Virus record (IMG/VR): IMGVR_UViG_2708742752_000007
Span: 1-64,000 of that record
Strand: one strand, 5' to 3'
From: a virus
Lineage: Duplodnaviria > Caudoviricetes
DNA: 64,000 nt
Shown: positions 1 through 8,571 of the stretch, in pieces
Layout of the letters: each line of letters starts with the position of its first letter
Numbering within the stretch: the stretch's first letter is position 1
Notes under the pieces: model-generated
What the model was told of the DNA's origin: nothing
Database searches by the model: none
What the model saw: only the letters and a program-made list of their open reading frames with translations
Position numbers and translations under genes: made by a program

Positions 1-268
1 CAGTCAGTTTACCCGCCACAATCTCGATCTTATCAACTTCCCTGTGTTCCAGGAATAGGCGCAGATCCTTGAAAAACAGCCCGTAATCGTCGAAGTAAGA
101 CAATGGCACGCAATACCATTCTACGTCATATAGGTCCAGCGTGTCCTTCATGGTGATGTCGAAGAGTTTTTCCGCATTGGCTTGGCCATCCCCATGATAC
201 ATCTGGGATAGGGTATGGCTATCGCCAGTTGAGAGTGAATTGCCGCTATAGCTGGCTTGATCATTCAT
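1..268 (-). CDS. hypothetical early protein (partial, runs off left edge)
   Basis: ATG at 268 overlaps the end of 261..518; frame is open to position 2 (MNDQASYSG...EIVAGKLT); not in ORF track. Confidence 0.6.
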   Translation of the reverse strand, partial: MNDQASYSGNSLSTGDSHTLSQMYHGDGQANAEKLFDITMKDTLDLYDVEWYCVPLSYFDDYGLFFKDLRLFLEHREVDKIEIVAGKLT

Positions 269-518
269 TTGCGATCTCCTTGTTTTGCAAGCGCACCCTT
301 ATCCTGGCCTCTGAGTACATGCTACCAGATGTCTCGTAATCCTTAAGAACTTCCAATAGCTCGCAGTCGATGCCTGGGTCACATTTGCTGAGAAGTGGTT
401 CTACAATGAAAGCCATGTGCTCCAGGATAACGCCTTGAATGATCCTGAGCGCTGCATATTCAGATTGCACCCTTCTGATATTCATGACCACTTCTGGATC
501 TAACTTCTTAAATGTCAT
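261..518 (-). CDS. hypothetical early protein
   Basis: 85-aa ORF with TAGGAGG SD upstream. Confidence 0.75.
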   Translation of the reverse strand: MTFKKLDPEVVMNIRRVQSEYAALRIIQGVILEHMAFIVEPLLSKCDPGIDCELLEVLKDYETSGSMYSEARIRVRLQNKEIANE

Positions 519-592
519 TTTCGCCCTCCTATAAAGGCTCTAAGGTTTGTTACCCCACGTCTGCCCACATCCATAGGCAGGCGTCGGACAAC

Positions 593-628
593 AAAAAAAG
601 GCCGCACATCTCTTTGAGACATGCGGCC
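593..628 (-). terminator. intrinsic terminator (leftward)
   Basis: GGCCGCA...TGCGGCC stem followed by T7 on the minus strand. Confidence 0.75.
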
Positions 629-669
629 CATCGGTCGCTATCGCTTAACGTCCATCGACTATTAAGTTG

Positions 670-855
670 TTACTCTATTAAGATAAATATTGACCTCCAT
701 TTGCGTACCAATTTCCTGAGCTGGCCTTTGGTTCTGGTTGCTACACGATTGGGCGTCAGGAAATTGTCCAGGTGCTTGAATAACTCATCGAGTTCCTGGA
801 TGCAATCCTGGCACACGCCACCATCGCAGTCATCGCAACAGAAGAGACACTCCAT
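670..855 (-). CDS. small Cys-rich hypothetical protein
   Basis: CLFCCDDC...CQDC; GAGGAGG SD; TAATG coupling to the upstream gene. Confidence 0.65.
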   Translation of the reverse strand: MECLFCCDDCDGGVCQDCIQELDELFKHLDNFLTPNRVATRTKGQLRKLVRKWRSIFILIE

Positions 856-1226
856 TATGTCTCCTCCTCGATAGGCGAGAAGGGGATGTCCGTGCCAGGA
901 TAGAAGTGATGGCCTGGCTTGACCTTATCCCATTCTCCCTTTGGAACGGCACTGCCATCGATGTACTTACCGGCATAATTGACGCGCCATTCCAGGATAT
1001 GGCATAGGGTTACGTCCAGCAGGGCATCTGCGTAACCCGTCACCTCCTCTCTGCCCCAATGGGGCAATTTCCGGTAATGCTCGTTGTCCCAGATCCGATA
1101 TGCCAGGTGCTCCAGAATCCATTGGTGCTGCTTGTGCTCTCGCCAGGCCAACATGTAGATGCCCAGGGCTGCTCCCTTCAGGGAGCCTATGCGCTCCAGA
1201 TGGCGATCCAATGCTGTCTTAGCCAT
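855..1226 (-). CDS. hypothetical early protein
   Basis: start moved to MAKTALDR (GGGAGG SD, overlaps upstream stop). Confidence 0.7.
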   Translation of the reverse strand: MAKTALDRHLERIGSLKGAALGIYMLAWREHKQHQWILEHLAYRIWDNEHYRKLPHWGREEVTGYADALLDVTLCHILEWRVNYAGKYIDGSAVPKGEWDKVKPGHHFYPGTDIPFSPIEEET

Positions 1227-1662
1227 TGTCGGCCTCCCGGTACTTCTCGCACCATTCGTGGTAAGAGCCTGGCGCATCCACCTGCCTGCCACACCACGGG
1301 CAGTAGGCCCAGTAGCCATAGCACGCGCCATCCCCTTCGTGTGACGAGAAGCCACAATGGCGTGGTGCGATCTCGTCTAACAAGCTCCAGATGTCTTCGT
1401 TCAGGATGTACTCTGCCACTTCAGCCGATGACATGCCGTCCTGGAAATCGTCATCGTCGGCGTAATAGGGTTGGTGATAGCCTGGTTTGTGGATGAGCTT
1501 CAGCCGATCCACATCGGCCTGGAGTGCCTTGACGCGCCTGACGATGCGGCACTGTTGCGCCACGCCATCCAGGAACGCCATGAACTTTGGGATTAAATCC
1601 TCGGCTCGCATGGTAGCCGACGAAAGCGGGCCGATGTACTCTCTCGAAAGTCGCTTGCTCAT
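1219..1662 (-). CDS. hypothetical early protein with C-terminal CPWC motif
   Basis: start MSKRLS with AAGGAGG SD. Confidence 0.7.
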   Translation of the reverse strand: MSKRLSREYIGPLSSATMRAEDLIPKFMAFLDGVAQQCRIVRRVKALQADVDRLKLIHKPGYHQPYYADDDDFQDGMSSAEVAEYILNEDIWSLLDEIAPRHCGFSSHEGDGACYGYWAYCPWCGRQVDAPGSYHEWCEKYREADNG

Positions 1663-1673
1663 TATTATCCTCC

Positions 1674-1925
1674 TTATACAAGATCGACGTTGGAAAACAC
1701 GACCAATTCTACGGCACGCCCACGCCATTCTTCAGGGAAGCAGGCGATGCGCGTCCTGTCCGGGCATCGCTGGATGACTTGCTTGAAGGCACGTTCAAAT
1801 TCCCAATCGTAGGCGGCCATGAGCGCCGTAGTGACGCCCACGACGATGCCACGTCCGTACTCTGGACTTGCCCCCGACTTTGGATGCAGGTTGTATAGGG
1901 CATCCCTTATCAAGCTGTCTTTCAT
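1674..1925 (-). CDS. hypothetical early protein
   Basis: ATGA coupling with upstream gene; 83 aa. Confidence 0.65.
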   Translation of the reverse strand: MKDSLIRDALYNLHPKSGASPEYGRGIVVGVTTALMAAYDWEFERAFKQVIQRCPDRTRIACFPEEWRGRAVELVVFSNVDLV

Positions 1926-2191
1926 CGGTTACACCCCCTTATTTCTCGCATCTTCTGCGAGTATACATTGACGTGACAAAACGGTTTCCAATACGGTGTG
2001 GGATCGTATACCAGATTGGGGGCAATCTCGTTTAGCTTACTGCCGTATTGCAGCAATCCGATGTCGGTTGCGTTGCCCTTTACTCTGATATAGACGAAAT
2101 CCTGGCTAAACACAGGTATGTCTTTGCCCGGATTGTGGCGTGTGAATGGGCAATCTATGGCTTGAGCTGTTTGCGCCTGTGGGTTGCCCAT
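1922..2191 (-). CDS. hypothetical early protein
   Basis: start MGNPQ with AGGAG SD. Confidence 0.6.
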   Translation of the reverse strand: MGNPQAQTAQAIDCPFTRHNPGKDIPVFSQDFVYIRVKGNATDIGLLQYGSKLNEIAPNLVYDPTPYWKPFCHVNVYSQKMREIRGCNR

Positions 2192-2490
2192 AGCAGCGTC
2201 TCCTCGCACATCTGGATCTGAAGGTCCATAAAGCCGTCGATGTACATGCTACTGACACCGAACTGGTTTATGTCAATTCTGTATCCATTGTACACAAACC
2301 AGATTTTGTTGTGGTCCAGGCGTCCCTCCGCCACTAGAAGCTGGACGTAGTAGAAGATGTTGTCTGTGCTGTATACGAACGGCACAGTGCTTTCATCGTT
2401 AACCCAGGGCTCGATGGTCTCGTGGAATGTTTTCCTGATGTCGAAATCTGACACTGCTTGCCCGTCGCTTGAATACACCAGCTCGATCAT
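2155..2490 (-). CDS. hypothetical early protein
   Basis: 111 aa, AAAGGAGG SD. Confidence 0.75.
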   Translation of the reverse strand: MIELVYSSDGQAVSDFDIRKTFHETIEPWVNDESTVPFVYSTDNIFYYVQLLVAEGRLDHNKIWFVYNGYRIDINQFGVSSMYIDGFMDLQIQMCEETLLWATHRRKQLKP

Positions 2491-2588
2491 TTGTTGCCTC
2501 CTTTGCGCCTCTTCTGGTTCTGGCGATGCTTCTTCGCCACCTTGTTAGGTCGATTGGTTCTCTTGACGCCAGTCCGGTTAGTTGCCAT
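2487..2588 (-). CDS. 33-aa highly basic peptide
   Basis: MATNRTGVKRTNRPNKVAKKHRQNQKRRKGGNK; fills the gap exactly with overlaps at both ends, GGAG SD; below ORF-track cutoff. Confidence 0.55.
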   Translation of the reverse strand: MATNRTGVKRTNRPNKVAKKHRQNQKRRKGGNK

Positions 2589-2871
2589 TGCGCAACTCCG
2601 CATACAGCCAGTTCAAAGAATGCTCCAGGTGTGCGATTACTGGATTGTCTGTGTCAGCCATCGGGATCAGGTCTGTTTCCCCGGTGCTTACATTGTACAT
2701 GGTTGCCCATAGGTCTCCATCTCTGTCTCTGTAGAACATGGCATGGATTTCTATACCTTTTATCTGGAGCGCATTGGCCTCTGGGCAGAAATTCATGTGT
2801 GCGCTGGAGTCCATCTCCTGCTGACAGAATGGGCAAAACTCTGCCATAACCCTACGAATTTGTTTTACCAT
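2578..2871 (-). CDS. hypothetical protein with CxxC...HxxxC motif
   Basis: start MVKQIRR, AAGGAGG SD. Confidence 0.65.
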   Translation of the reverse strand: MVKQIRRVMAEFCPFCQQEMDSSAHMNFCPEANALQIKGIEIHAMFYRDRDGDLWATMYNVSTGETDLIPMADTDNPVIAHLEHSLNWLYAELRNGN

Positions 2872-3085
2872 CGAGAGCCTCCTTATCTCGATCATACTGT
2901 GCGGCATGTTCACGTAGCTCATCTGCGTATTGCTCCCATTCCAGTAGTGTGCCGCTATTCTGACTGGACAGGAACACTACGACGCGCTGTATGGTGCGCA
3001 AATCAGGCTTGGGCAAGTTGTGCCTGACAGCTACCTGATGCGCCGCCCAATTGGCGCGATTGAATTGGCGTGTGCGAAAGATCAT
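2852..3085 (-). CDS. hypothetical early protein
   Basis: AAGGAGG SD, 77 aa. Confidence 0.7.
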   Translation of the reverse strand: MIFRTRQFNRANWAAHQVAVRHNLPKPDLRTIQRVVVFLSSQNSGTLLEWEQYADELREHAAQYDRDKEALDGKTNS

Positions 3086-3101
3086 GTAACATGCCTCCTT
3101 A

Positions 3102-3434
3102 TCATTCCTGAAATTTCAATTCGCGTAGCCTGGCATTTGCCTTTGCAACAAATTGTGGATACATTCCCGATTGATCGCCACCAACGTGAAGATGTGGCCT
3201 GTCACATTCATCGCTGCTGTAATAGATCTTCAGACCAGCGCCATTGAGTCGGTAGCTGCCATCCTCGCCTCCAGCAATCTCGTCTATAAGTTCCTGGTAT
3301 CTATGCGGCTCTTGCAATGCCGACTTAATAAAGTAAGACATTGCATCCCACTCCGTCTGTAGCGCAATCATTGCCAGATCACCAAATGCGAGCTTGGTGA
3401 CAATATTGCGCCACACTAAACTGTTTTTGTCCAT
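3102..3434 (-). CDS. hypothetical early protein
   Basis: start MDKNSL, AAGGAGG SD. Confidence 0.7.
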   Translation of the reverse strand: MDKNSLVWRNIVTKLAFGDLAMIALQTEWDAMSYFIKSALQEPHRYQELIDEIAGGEDGSYRLNGAGLKIYYSSDECDRPHLHVGGDQSGMYPQFVAKANARLRELKFQE

Positions 3435-3444
3435 CGGTTCCTCC

Positions 3445-3693
3445 TTATGCAATGGGGCCTTTGCCCTTGAGAGTGAACACATCCTCGACCAGATCCTTGG
3501 AGTCCTTAAGACTCAGTGACAGCAGATTGCGCACGACCCTGATGCGTTGGATGAGCGTGTGTGGCTGGTTAGTCTCTTCCAGTATTGCATCGACGTGTTC
3601 TCCGAGTGATCGCTTCTTACCGCGTGACCAGTTAATGGGATCGACTGGCCCCTTCTCGATTGAGAAGGAATAACCGAACAATTCAAACTGCAT
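3445..3693 (-). CDS. ribosomal protein L7/L12 C-terminal-like protein
   Basis: IQRIRVVRNLLSLSLKDSKDLVE resembles the bL12 CTD motif IKxVRxxTGLGLKEAKDLVE; AAGGAGG SD. Confidence 0.6.
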   Translation of the reverse strand: MQFELFGYSFSIEKGPVDPINWSRGKKRSLGEHVDAILEETNQPHTLIQRIRVVRNLLSLSLKDSKDLVEDVFTLKGKGPIA

Positions 3694-3785
3694 GGTAATG
3701 CCTCCTTATGGATCGAACTGATGTTTTTGAGCCGCCCATGAGCACCTCGATGCACATGGGCCGCCCCAAAACAAAGTGAAAGAGA

Positions 3786-3811
3786 GGTCGAGTCCAAATT
3801 TGGACTCGACC
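3786..3811 (-). terminator. perfect 26-bp palindrome, probable terminator
   Basis: GGTCGAGTCCAAATTTGGACTCGACC followed on the minus strand by TCTCTTTCACTTTGTTTT. Confidence 0.65.
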
Positions 3812-3819
3812 CGGATGGA

Positions 3820-3996
3820 CTATTTAGACTTGATGCAGACGTGTTCAGCGTGTATGTCATTCCACGTGACGCGCCATAGGGTTGCTTTTCCCCACATTCC
3901 GACCTGGCGATTGAATTCTTTGAGCGCCAGGTGCAAATCTGAGCTATCGTATTGTCTGTTGAAAAATTGGCTATGGACCTCATAGAAGTATCTCAT
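3820..3996 (-). CDS. 58-aa hypothetical protein
   Basis: MRYFYEVHSQFF...VCIKSK; ATGA coupling to 3993..4202; stop just before the terminator. Confidence 0.65.
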   Translation of the reverse strand: MRYFYEVHSQFFNRQYDSSDLHLALKEFNRQVGMWGKATLWRVTWNDIHAEHVCIKSK

Positions 3997-4202
3997 CGTC
4001 TATACTCCTTGGCCGTGTACTTACGCGGCAACGATGCCTTGCGTGCTCTAAACTCGTACAGGTGTTCGTCTTTGCCATTCAATCCAAGATTGGCCTGAAC
4101 ATCATCACAGGCTGTACCGCCATCGCAAGCATGGACGTAGAACGGCTTTTTGAACGATGTTAATCCTTGTTGGAAGATCCACACGGCGTATAACATGGTC
4201 AT
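3993..4202 (-). CDS. hypothetical early protein
   Basis: coupled ORF, GGAG SD. Confidence 0.65.
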   Translation of the reverse strand: MTMLYAVWIFQQGLTSFKKPFYVHACDGGTACDDVQANLGLNGKDEHLYEFRARKASLPRKYTAKEYRR

Positions 4203-4471
4203 TCTCCATCTCCAAACACCCGGCGCACGAAGCGCCGCATTTGGTCCATCTGATACCAGCGCGCCATGAAGTAATTGCGCTGTACAACGGCTCTTTTTTC
4301 ACGTCTACTGCGCTCCAGGCGATTGCCAGGGAAATCGATTGGGTCCCAGCGTACCCACTCATTGAAATGCCACATGGACCTAAACTCTCTTTCGGCCTGG
4401 CGCTGGGCAATCTCTTGCAAGAACTTATCCCGCACGTAGTTGGCCTTCCATTGTACTCTGAAGCTTGCCAT
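4199..4471 (-). CDS. basic hypothetical early protein
   Basis: GGGAGGT SD, 90 aa. Confidence 0.7.
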   Translation of the reverse strand: MASFRVQWKANYVRDKFLQEIAQRQAEREFRSMWHFNEWVRWDPIDFPGNRLERSRREKRAVVQRNYFMARWYQMDQMRRFVRRVFGDGE

Positions 4472-4540
4472 GGTATACCTCCCTTTTGGCTAATTTATTG
4501 AGTCGTGTCTGCGCATCTTAATGCCCAAACGCCACGCAAC

Positions 4541-4600
4541 AAAAAAGCCGCACCGATCCCCCAAACGATGTCAGTAACCGTTAAGGTAGGATGGTGCGGC
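4541..4600 (-). terminator. intrinsic terminator-like hairpin
   Basis: GCCGCACC...GGTGCGGC stem with large inner loop, T6 tail on the minus strand. Confidence 0.6.
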
Positions 4601-4655
4601 TTTAGATCCATCGCGCTGCAAAAGCCGCAAAAGCACGCGATGGAAAGCTATTAAG

Positions 4656-5045
4656 TTATGCGCTGAAATTGTCTACGATCTTCTTGAACTCGCTGAACGT
4701 GATGCGCTTATGCCGTAGGGCAATGGCCGCCTGGATGACCTCAGCCTCATCGCTTGGCTGATACGTTAAGAAGTCAGGTGGATCTTCATCTTCATCTATA
4801 TCAACATGGAAGTAGCAGGCATGACAACCATCGAAACTATGGCCGACTGGCTCACTGTTGACGGCATCGCGTTTTTCGTGTGCTTCTGTCAACGTCAATC
4901 CCTCGAAAGCACAGGCGACGCTATTGCCACTCAGATCGTCATGATCGCCTGCGTGTCGCATGATCAAATGATCTTCGACCATCTCGTACCACGCTTCACA
5001 CATGCCATAACCTGATCCAGCACTAACTTTTATGAACACGATCAT
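4656..5045 (-). CDS. hypothetical early protein
   Basis: start MIVFIK, AAGGAG SD. Confidence 0.7.
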   Translation of the reverse strand: MIVFIKVSAGSGYGMCEAWYEMVEDHLIMRHAGDHDDLSGNSVACAFEGLTLTEAHEKRDAVNSEPVGHSFDGCHACYFHVDIDEDEDPPDFLTYQPSDEAEVIQAAIALRHKRITFSEFKKIVDNFSA

Positions 5046-5093
5046 TCTCCTTCTTCCCATAGGTGCAGGAGTCCGCCCTATGAGAGCTAATGA

Positions 5094-5234
5094 TTATTTG
5101 ATAACACGTGCCGCCAATCTCGCAAACTGGCGGCTGAACATGGACGCTAAATTGAAATCATCCACGTGTCCAGTCCGATACCAAATTGCCCAGTAATAGG
5201 CGCATTTCTGCGCCAGGCGCTCCAATTCACTCAT
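5094..5234 (-). CDS. small hypothetical protein
   Basis: start MSELERL, AAAGGAG SD. Confidence 0.6.
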   Translation of the reverse strand: MSELERLAQKCAYYWAIWYRTGHVDDFNLASMFSRQFARLAARVIK

Positions 5235-5314
5235 GATAATCTCCTTTCGACTATAGAGCTTATAGAGCCACATGGACGCCCCATGAGACGCCCATGTCAC
5301 CCTATAAACACAAG

Positions 5315-5350
5315 AAAAAAACCGCCGAGGCCGACGCCCAGACTCGGCGG
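5315..5350 (-). terminator. intrinsic terminator
   Basis: CCGCCGAG...CTCGGCGG stem, T7 tail on the minus strand. Confidence 0.75.
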
Positions 5351-5361
5351 ATTGGAGCTAC

Positions 5362-5640
5362 CTAATCGCGATACCCACAGGCAAACGCATAACCTGCCTG
5401 ATATGCGCGATATTCCCCTTCACTGTTATCGACCGCATCATCGAGAATCTCCCCATGCCCATTAAGGGCAAAGGCTGACTCAACGAAGGTTTTACATTCC
5501 TTGAGAGACAAATTCTCCCCTAACACCCACAAAGTCTTTATCCTGGCTATCATGATAGCGTTGTCAGGCAGTCCAATACTCTCCGGGTGATTTAACCTCA
5601 TATACTCTATAGCATGCGCCAATGCAACACGTTCATTCAT
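5362..5640 (-). CDS. second L7/L12 CTD-like early protein
   Basis: IARIKTLWVLGENLSLKECKTFVE motif; TAGGAGG SD. Confidence 0.55.
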   Translation of the reverse strand: MNERVALAHAIEYMRLNHPESIGLPDNAIMIARIKTLWVLGENLSLKECKTFVESAFALNGHGEILDDAVDNSEGEYRAYQAGYAFACGYRD

Positions 5641-6043
5641 TTTTACCCTCCTATAGAGCTGAATAAGATTCTTGATCGACCTACGCGCGCACCAATTGCC
5701 ACATATCGAAATTCGCACGCATGAGAATACCTGCCTTGGCAAACATGAAACCAATGCATTCCTCAAACGTACCACGACAAGCTACACTGCCATGCGCATA
5801 CAACGCTGAGTCAGAACGATATACCAATACTTTGTACATGTCACCCCCCTATGGGTTGAAATATGGATTTTTGACCGCCCTATAAGAACCGTTACGAAAA
5901 ATCCACAAAACCAATTCTCGTAACGGGAATTCACCAGTAGTGGTGGTACACTGGACATGACGAGTAGGAAAGTTGACAGTATGCTGTCAAACACTGCCTA
6001 CCTTACTAGAGCCCACATACTGGGTGTGCATGTGGGCTCTAGT

Positions 6044-6080
6044 AAAGCAAAGACTCCCCCTTGTGGGGGGGGAGTCTTTC
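6044..6080 (-). terminator. intrinsic terminator after the first early gene
   Basis: AAAGACTCCCCC...GGGGGAGTCTTT hairpin. Confidence 0.7.
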
Positions 6081-6106
6081 GTGCTAGTGGGGGAATGGTG
6101 ACGAAG

Positions 6107-6940
6107 TTACTTTTTGGCGGGCTTGGGCTTGCGCTCTGGTTCTTCAGGCAGTGATACGTTGTTGTCAACCACGCTAGTGGGGTTGGCTTTCAGCCATGCT
6201 TCTGGTGTGATCGACAAGGCGACGGTATCATTGTGGCCGTTCTGGTTAACCCCAATGCCCAGGGCATTACACGCTTCATTCCAAGTGGTATGTTTACACG
6301 CTTCTTGGAGTCGCGCGTCGGTATCGCTCCATACCTTGTTGGACTTGGCGTAGATGATAGCATGAAGCTTTTGGAGTGCCGTCTCAGTAGTGGGGTAATG
6401 GTTGGGCGTATCAGCCTGTGTGAAGGTTGCCAACAAGGTGGACTTACCCGGCTTGTCTACAGCGTACATTTCTATGCTATCAGCCAGGGAGAGGTAGAAG
6501 CGCACGTTACCGGAATGCGTGATCCGGTATGTCTCATAGGGCAAGTGTTTGTCGGCTGACTTGCTAGCAGACGACTCGCCAGTATAACTGGCCTTAAAGC
6601 CTAGTGGTATTACTACGTCGGCCACAAACGTGTCAACCCGGTAGTTGTGGGTTATGTCGGCTATAGCGACGCGGTCAGACTGGTTTAATTCAGCCAAGTC
6701 TTTCATCAACAATTGAACCTCTTCTAGCGCTTTGGGAGAGGTCATGTCTATAGTTGAGAGTTTCTGCCTTGCTGACAGTTCACGGTCAGCAATCCAGTTT
6801 TGGCGTTCCTGGACAAATTCAGCTAATTCTACGGGAATTTCATCAGCGTGCTTGCTATAGGTAGCAAGCCATGTTAGCAATTCGAGATGCTTGTCAAAAG
6901 CGCTCCCCTGCCAACCTGCTAGGTTCTTCTTCTCGTTCAT
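6107..6940 (-). CDS. 277-aa hypothetical protein, first gene of the early block
   Basis: TAGGAGG SD, long clean ORF, no recognised family. Confidence 0.8.
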   Translation of the reverse strand: MNEKKNLAGWQGSAFDKHLELLTWLATYSKHADEIPVELAEFVQERQNWIADRELSARQKLSTIDMTSPKALEEVQLLMKDLAELNQSDRVAIADITHNYRVDTFVADVVIPLGFKASYTGESSASKSADKHLPYETYRITHSGNVRFYLSLADSIEMYAVDKPGKSTLLATFTQADTPNHYPTTETALQKLHAIIYAKSNKVWSDTDARLQEACKHTTWNEACNALGIGVNQNGHNDTVALSITPEAWLKANPTSVVDNNVSLPEEPERKPKPAKK

Positions 6941-6994
6941 TGATTAGCCTCCTAAGCTATAGTGGTTGTGGTGTGCGCGTGCACACCTGATACC

Positions 6995-7003
6995 AGTATA
7001 CCA
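6995..7003 (-). promoter_or_regulatory. extended -10 promoter for the early block
   Basis: TGGTATACT on the minus strand; nearby TTGACA is only 13 nt away. Confidence 0.45.
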
Positions 7004-7198
7004 CACGTTTTATTGTCAAGTTGACCTAGCGTATAGTGGTAGTATGTATGCAATACGTGGTAATACTACACACCTTACCTGTAAGTTGTAAGGTGTAATT
7101 ATGAGTATACCTGAGCATACTACTACCTATAGTGGGGTGTATGTAGCTTTACTAAGCTTGACGTAACGAGTATACGTAGTTATGCATAGGTTAGTATT

Positions 7199-7212
7199 AG
7201 AACATATGTACC
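7199..7212. promoter_or_regulatory. LexA/SOS-like box (near consensus)
   Basis: AGAAC-ATAT-GTACC. Confidence 0.4.
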
Positions 7213-7347
7213 AATTTGGTACTTCTATGGAAAGCTACATAGATTTTAAGGTATGTGTTGACATAAGGGTATAGTAGGGTATACCTGGCTCTGCTGGGAG
7301 AGGTCAGCAGGCATGCATCTCGGCGAAGATACCCCCAGCCAAAAAAT

Positions 7348-7361
7348 AGAACAAGTGTTCT
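7348..7361. promoter_or_regulatory. LexA/SOS box (GAAC-N4-GTTC type)
   Basis: perfect AGAAC-AAGT-GTTCT in intergenic DNA. Confidence 0.6.
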
Positions 7362-7752
7362 GACAACCCCGACTATCCCCCCTCCTACGCCTTACCCCAA
7401 ATTCCATACTTGACATAATAGAACGGCTAAATCCATCTACATCTGTTTACAGGAATGGGGTAGGGGAGCATGGTGATAGGGTAGGGGAGAGAGTCCAACT
7501 GCTGGACTCAAGCGGTAGGGTAGGGGGCTGGTGGTGGTCGCGGGCGATGCGAAAAAACTGTGTTCCTCGTACCTGTGGTACTTGTTTTTTCGCAGATATA
7601 TAGTGGCATGGGTGAGTGTGGTCACTGGCTGGATGGTGGGGACGGGGGGAGTGGTGGGTGAGTGTGTGTGGTGTGGTGATACCCGTAGGGGGTATATTGT
7701 GGTAGGTTTACCATAAGTGGGCAAAACACGGGATTTTAGGTGCCTTTTGGGG

Positions 7753-7989
7753 TTATTTTGAGTAGTTCAGGGTGATACCGGGTGGGGGTATAGTATCATC
7801 GATAGCAGGCGGCCAGGGTAGTGGCATCCAGTGGGTTATATCATCGATGGCGATATTGTGTGCCTGTGCAGCGGTCCAGTCTTTCCAGCCGCCGTCGTAG
7901 GCCATGCAGTTCATCGCGCCGCTTGCATATACGAGCACCCAGGCGGGCGATTCGGGCAGTCTGTTTTTCATGCTTATCCAGTTACTCAT
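7753..7989 (-). CDS. DUF551-like phage protein
   Basis: MSNWISMKNRLPE...VLVY...ITHWMPLP. Confidence 0.8.
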   Translation of the reverse strand: MSNWISMKNRLPESPAWVLVYASGAMNCMAYDGGWKDWTAAQAHNIAIDDITHWMPLPWPPAIDDTIPPPGITLNYSK

Positions 7990-8183
7990 GTCTCCTCCAC
8001 CTCGATACAAATGACCTGGTGCCAGGGGACGATGCGGTAGCGACCATCAAGCTGGAACGTGAAGTAACCCACTTGTATGGCCCTTCTCAGGATCTTGAGC
8101 CACTCCTGGCTGACCGTCTCGATGTGTGCGCTATCTACGGTGTGCTCACCAGAGAAAGTATTGTAGAAGATCGCGATCTTCAC
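7986..8183 (-). CDS. hypothetical protein
   Basis: coupled ORF, AAGGA SD. Confidence 0.6.
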   Translation of the reverse strand: MKIAIFYNTFSGEHTVDSAHIETVSQEWLKILRRAIQVGYFTFQLDGRYRIVPWHQVICIEVEET

Positions 8184-8368
8184 GTATCAATTTCCTTCTC
8201 GGCTATGATCAGGTACTTGTCTTTGTATGCCACTCCAGGCCCCTTCAAGGCTGGTCCCCCACGCACAATCGCAAACCCCTGGTCATAGTACGTGGCAATA
8301 GCCTTATGATACTCGTCCAGGGTGCAGGTGATACTCAGGCGTTCGATTATCTGGCGCTTGATCTTCAT
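8180..8368 (-). CDS. hypothetical protein
   Basis: start MKIKRQ coupled to the stop of 8365..8571. Confidence 0.55.
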   Translation of the reverse strand: MKIKRQIIERLSITCTLDEYHKAIATYYDQGFAIVRGGPALKGPGVAYKDKYLIIAEKEIDT

Positions 8369-8571
8369 AGATAATCCACGTACACCACGAAGGCGGCGTT
8401 GACGCGAGTGATCACTTCGTCCTGGCGCTTGACGGCAAACCAGATAGCCTTGCCATGCTCGGCGTAGGGCGCGATCTCGGCGATGCCCTTGTTTCCCACT
8501 TCCCACCACTCGTTATCGGTGCGGATCTTACGAATCTTGCGTGTGTCGGATAGTAGGGTTGCTTCCATCAT
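8365..8571 (-). CDS. hypothetical protein
   Basis: GAAGGTG SD, coupled. Confidence 0.6.
   Translation of the reverse strand: MMEATLLSDTRKIRKIRTDNEWWEVGNKGIAEIAPYAEHGKAIWFAVKRQDEVITRVNAAFVVYVDYL

Noticed and set aside
3513-3983. 156-aa minus-strand ORF in the track
   Set aside because: Spans a terminator and overlaps 3445..3693; the coupled 58-aa ORF 3820..3996 fits better
5782-5994. 70-aa ORF between early genes
   Set aside because: No SD and overlaps hairpins; more likely a non-coding leader
7001-7019. TTGACA as the -35 of the early promoter
   Set aside because: Spacer to TATACT is only 13 nt; kept only as an extended -10 candidate
7437-7724. ORFs in the G/T-rich region
   Set aside because: Low-complexity translations of skewed DNA without an SD
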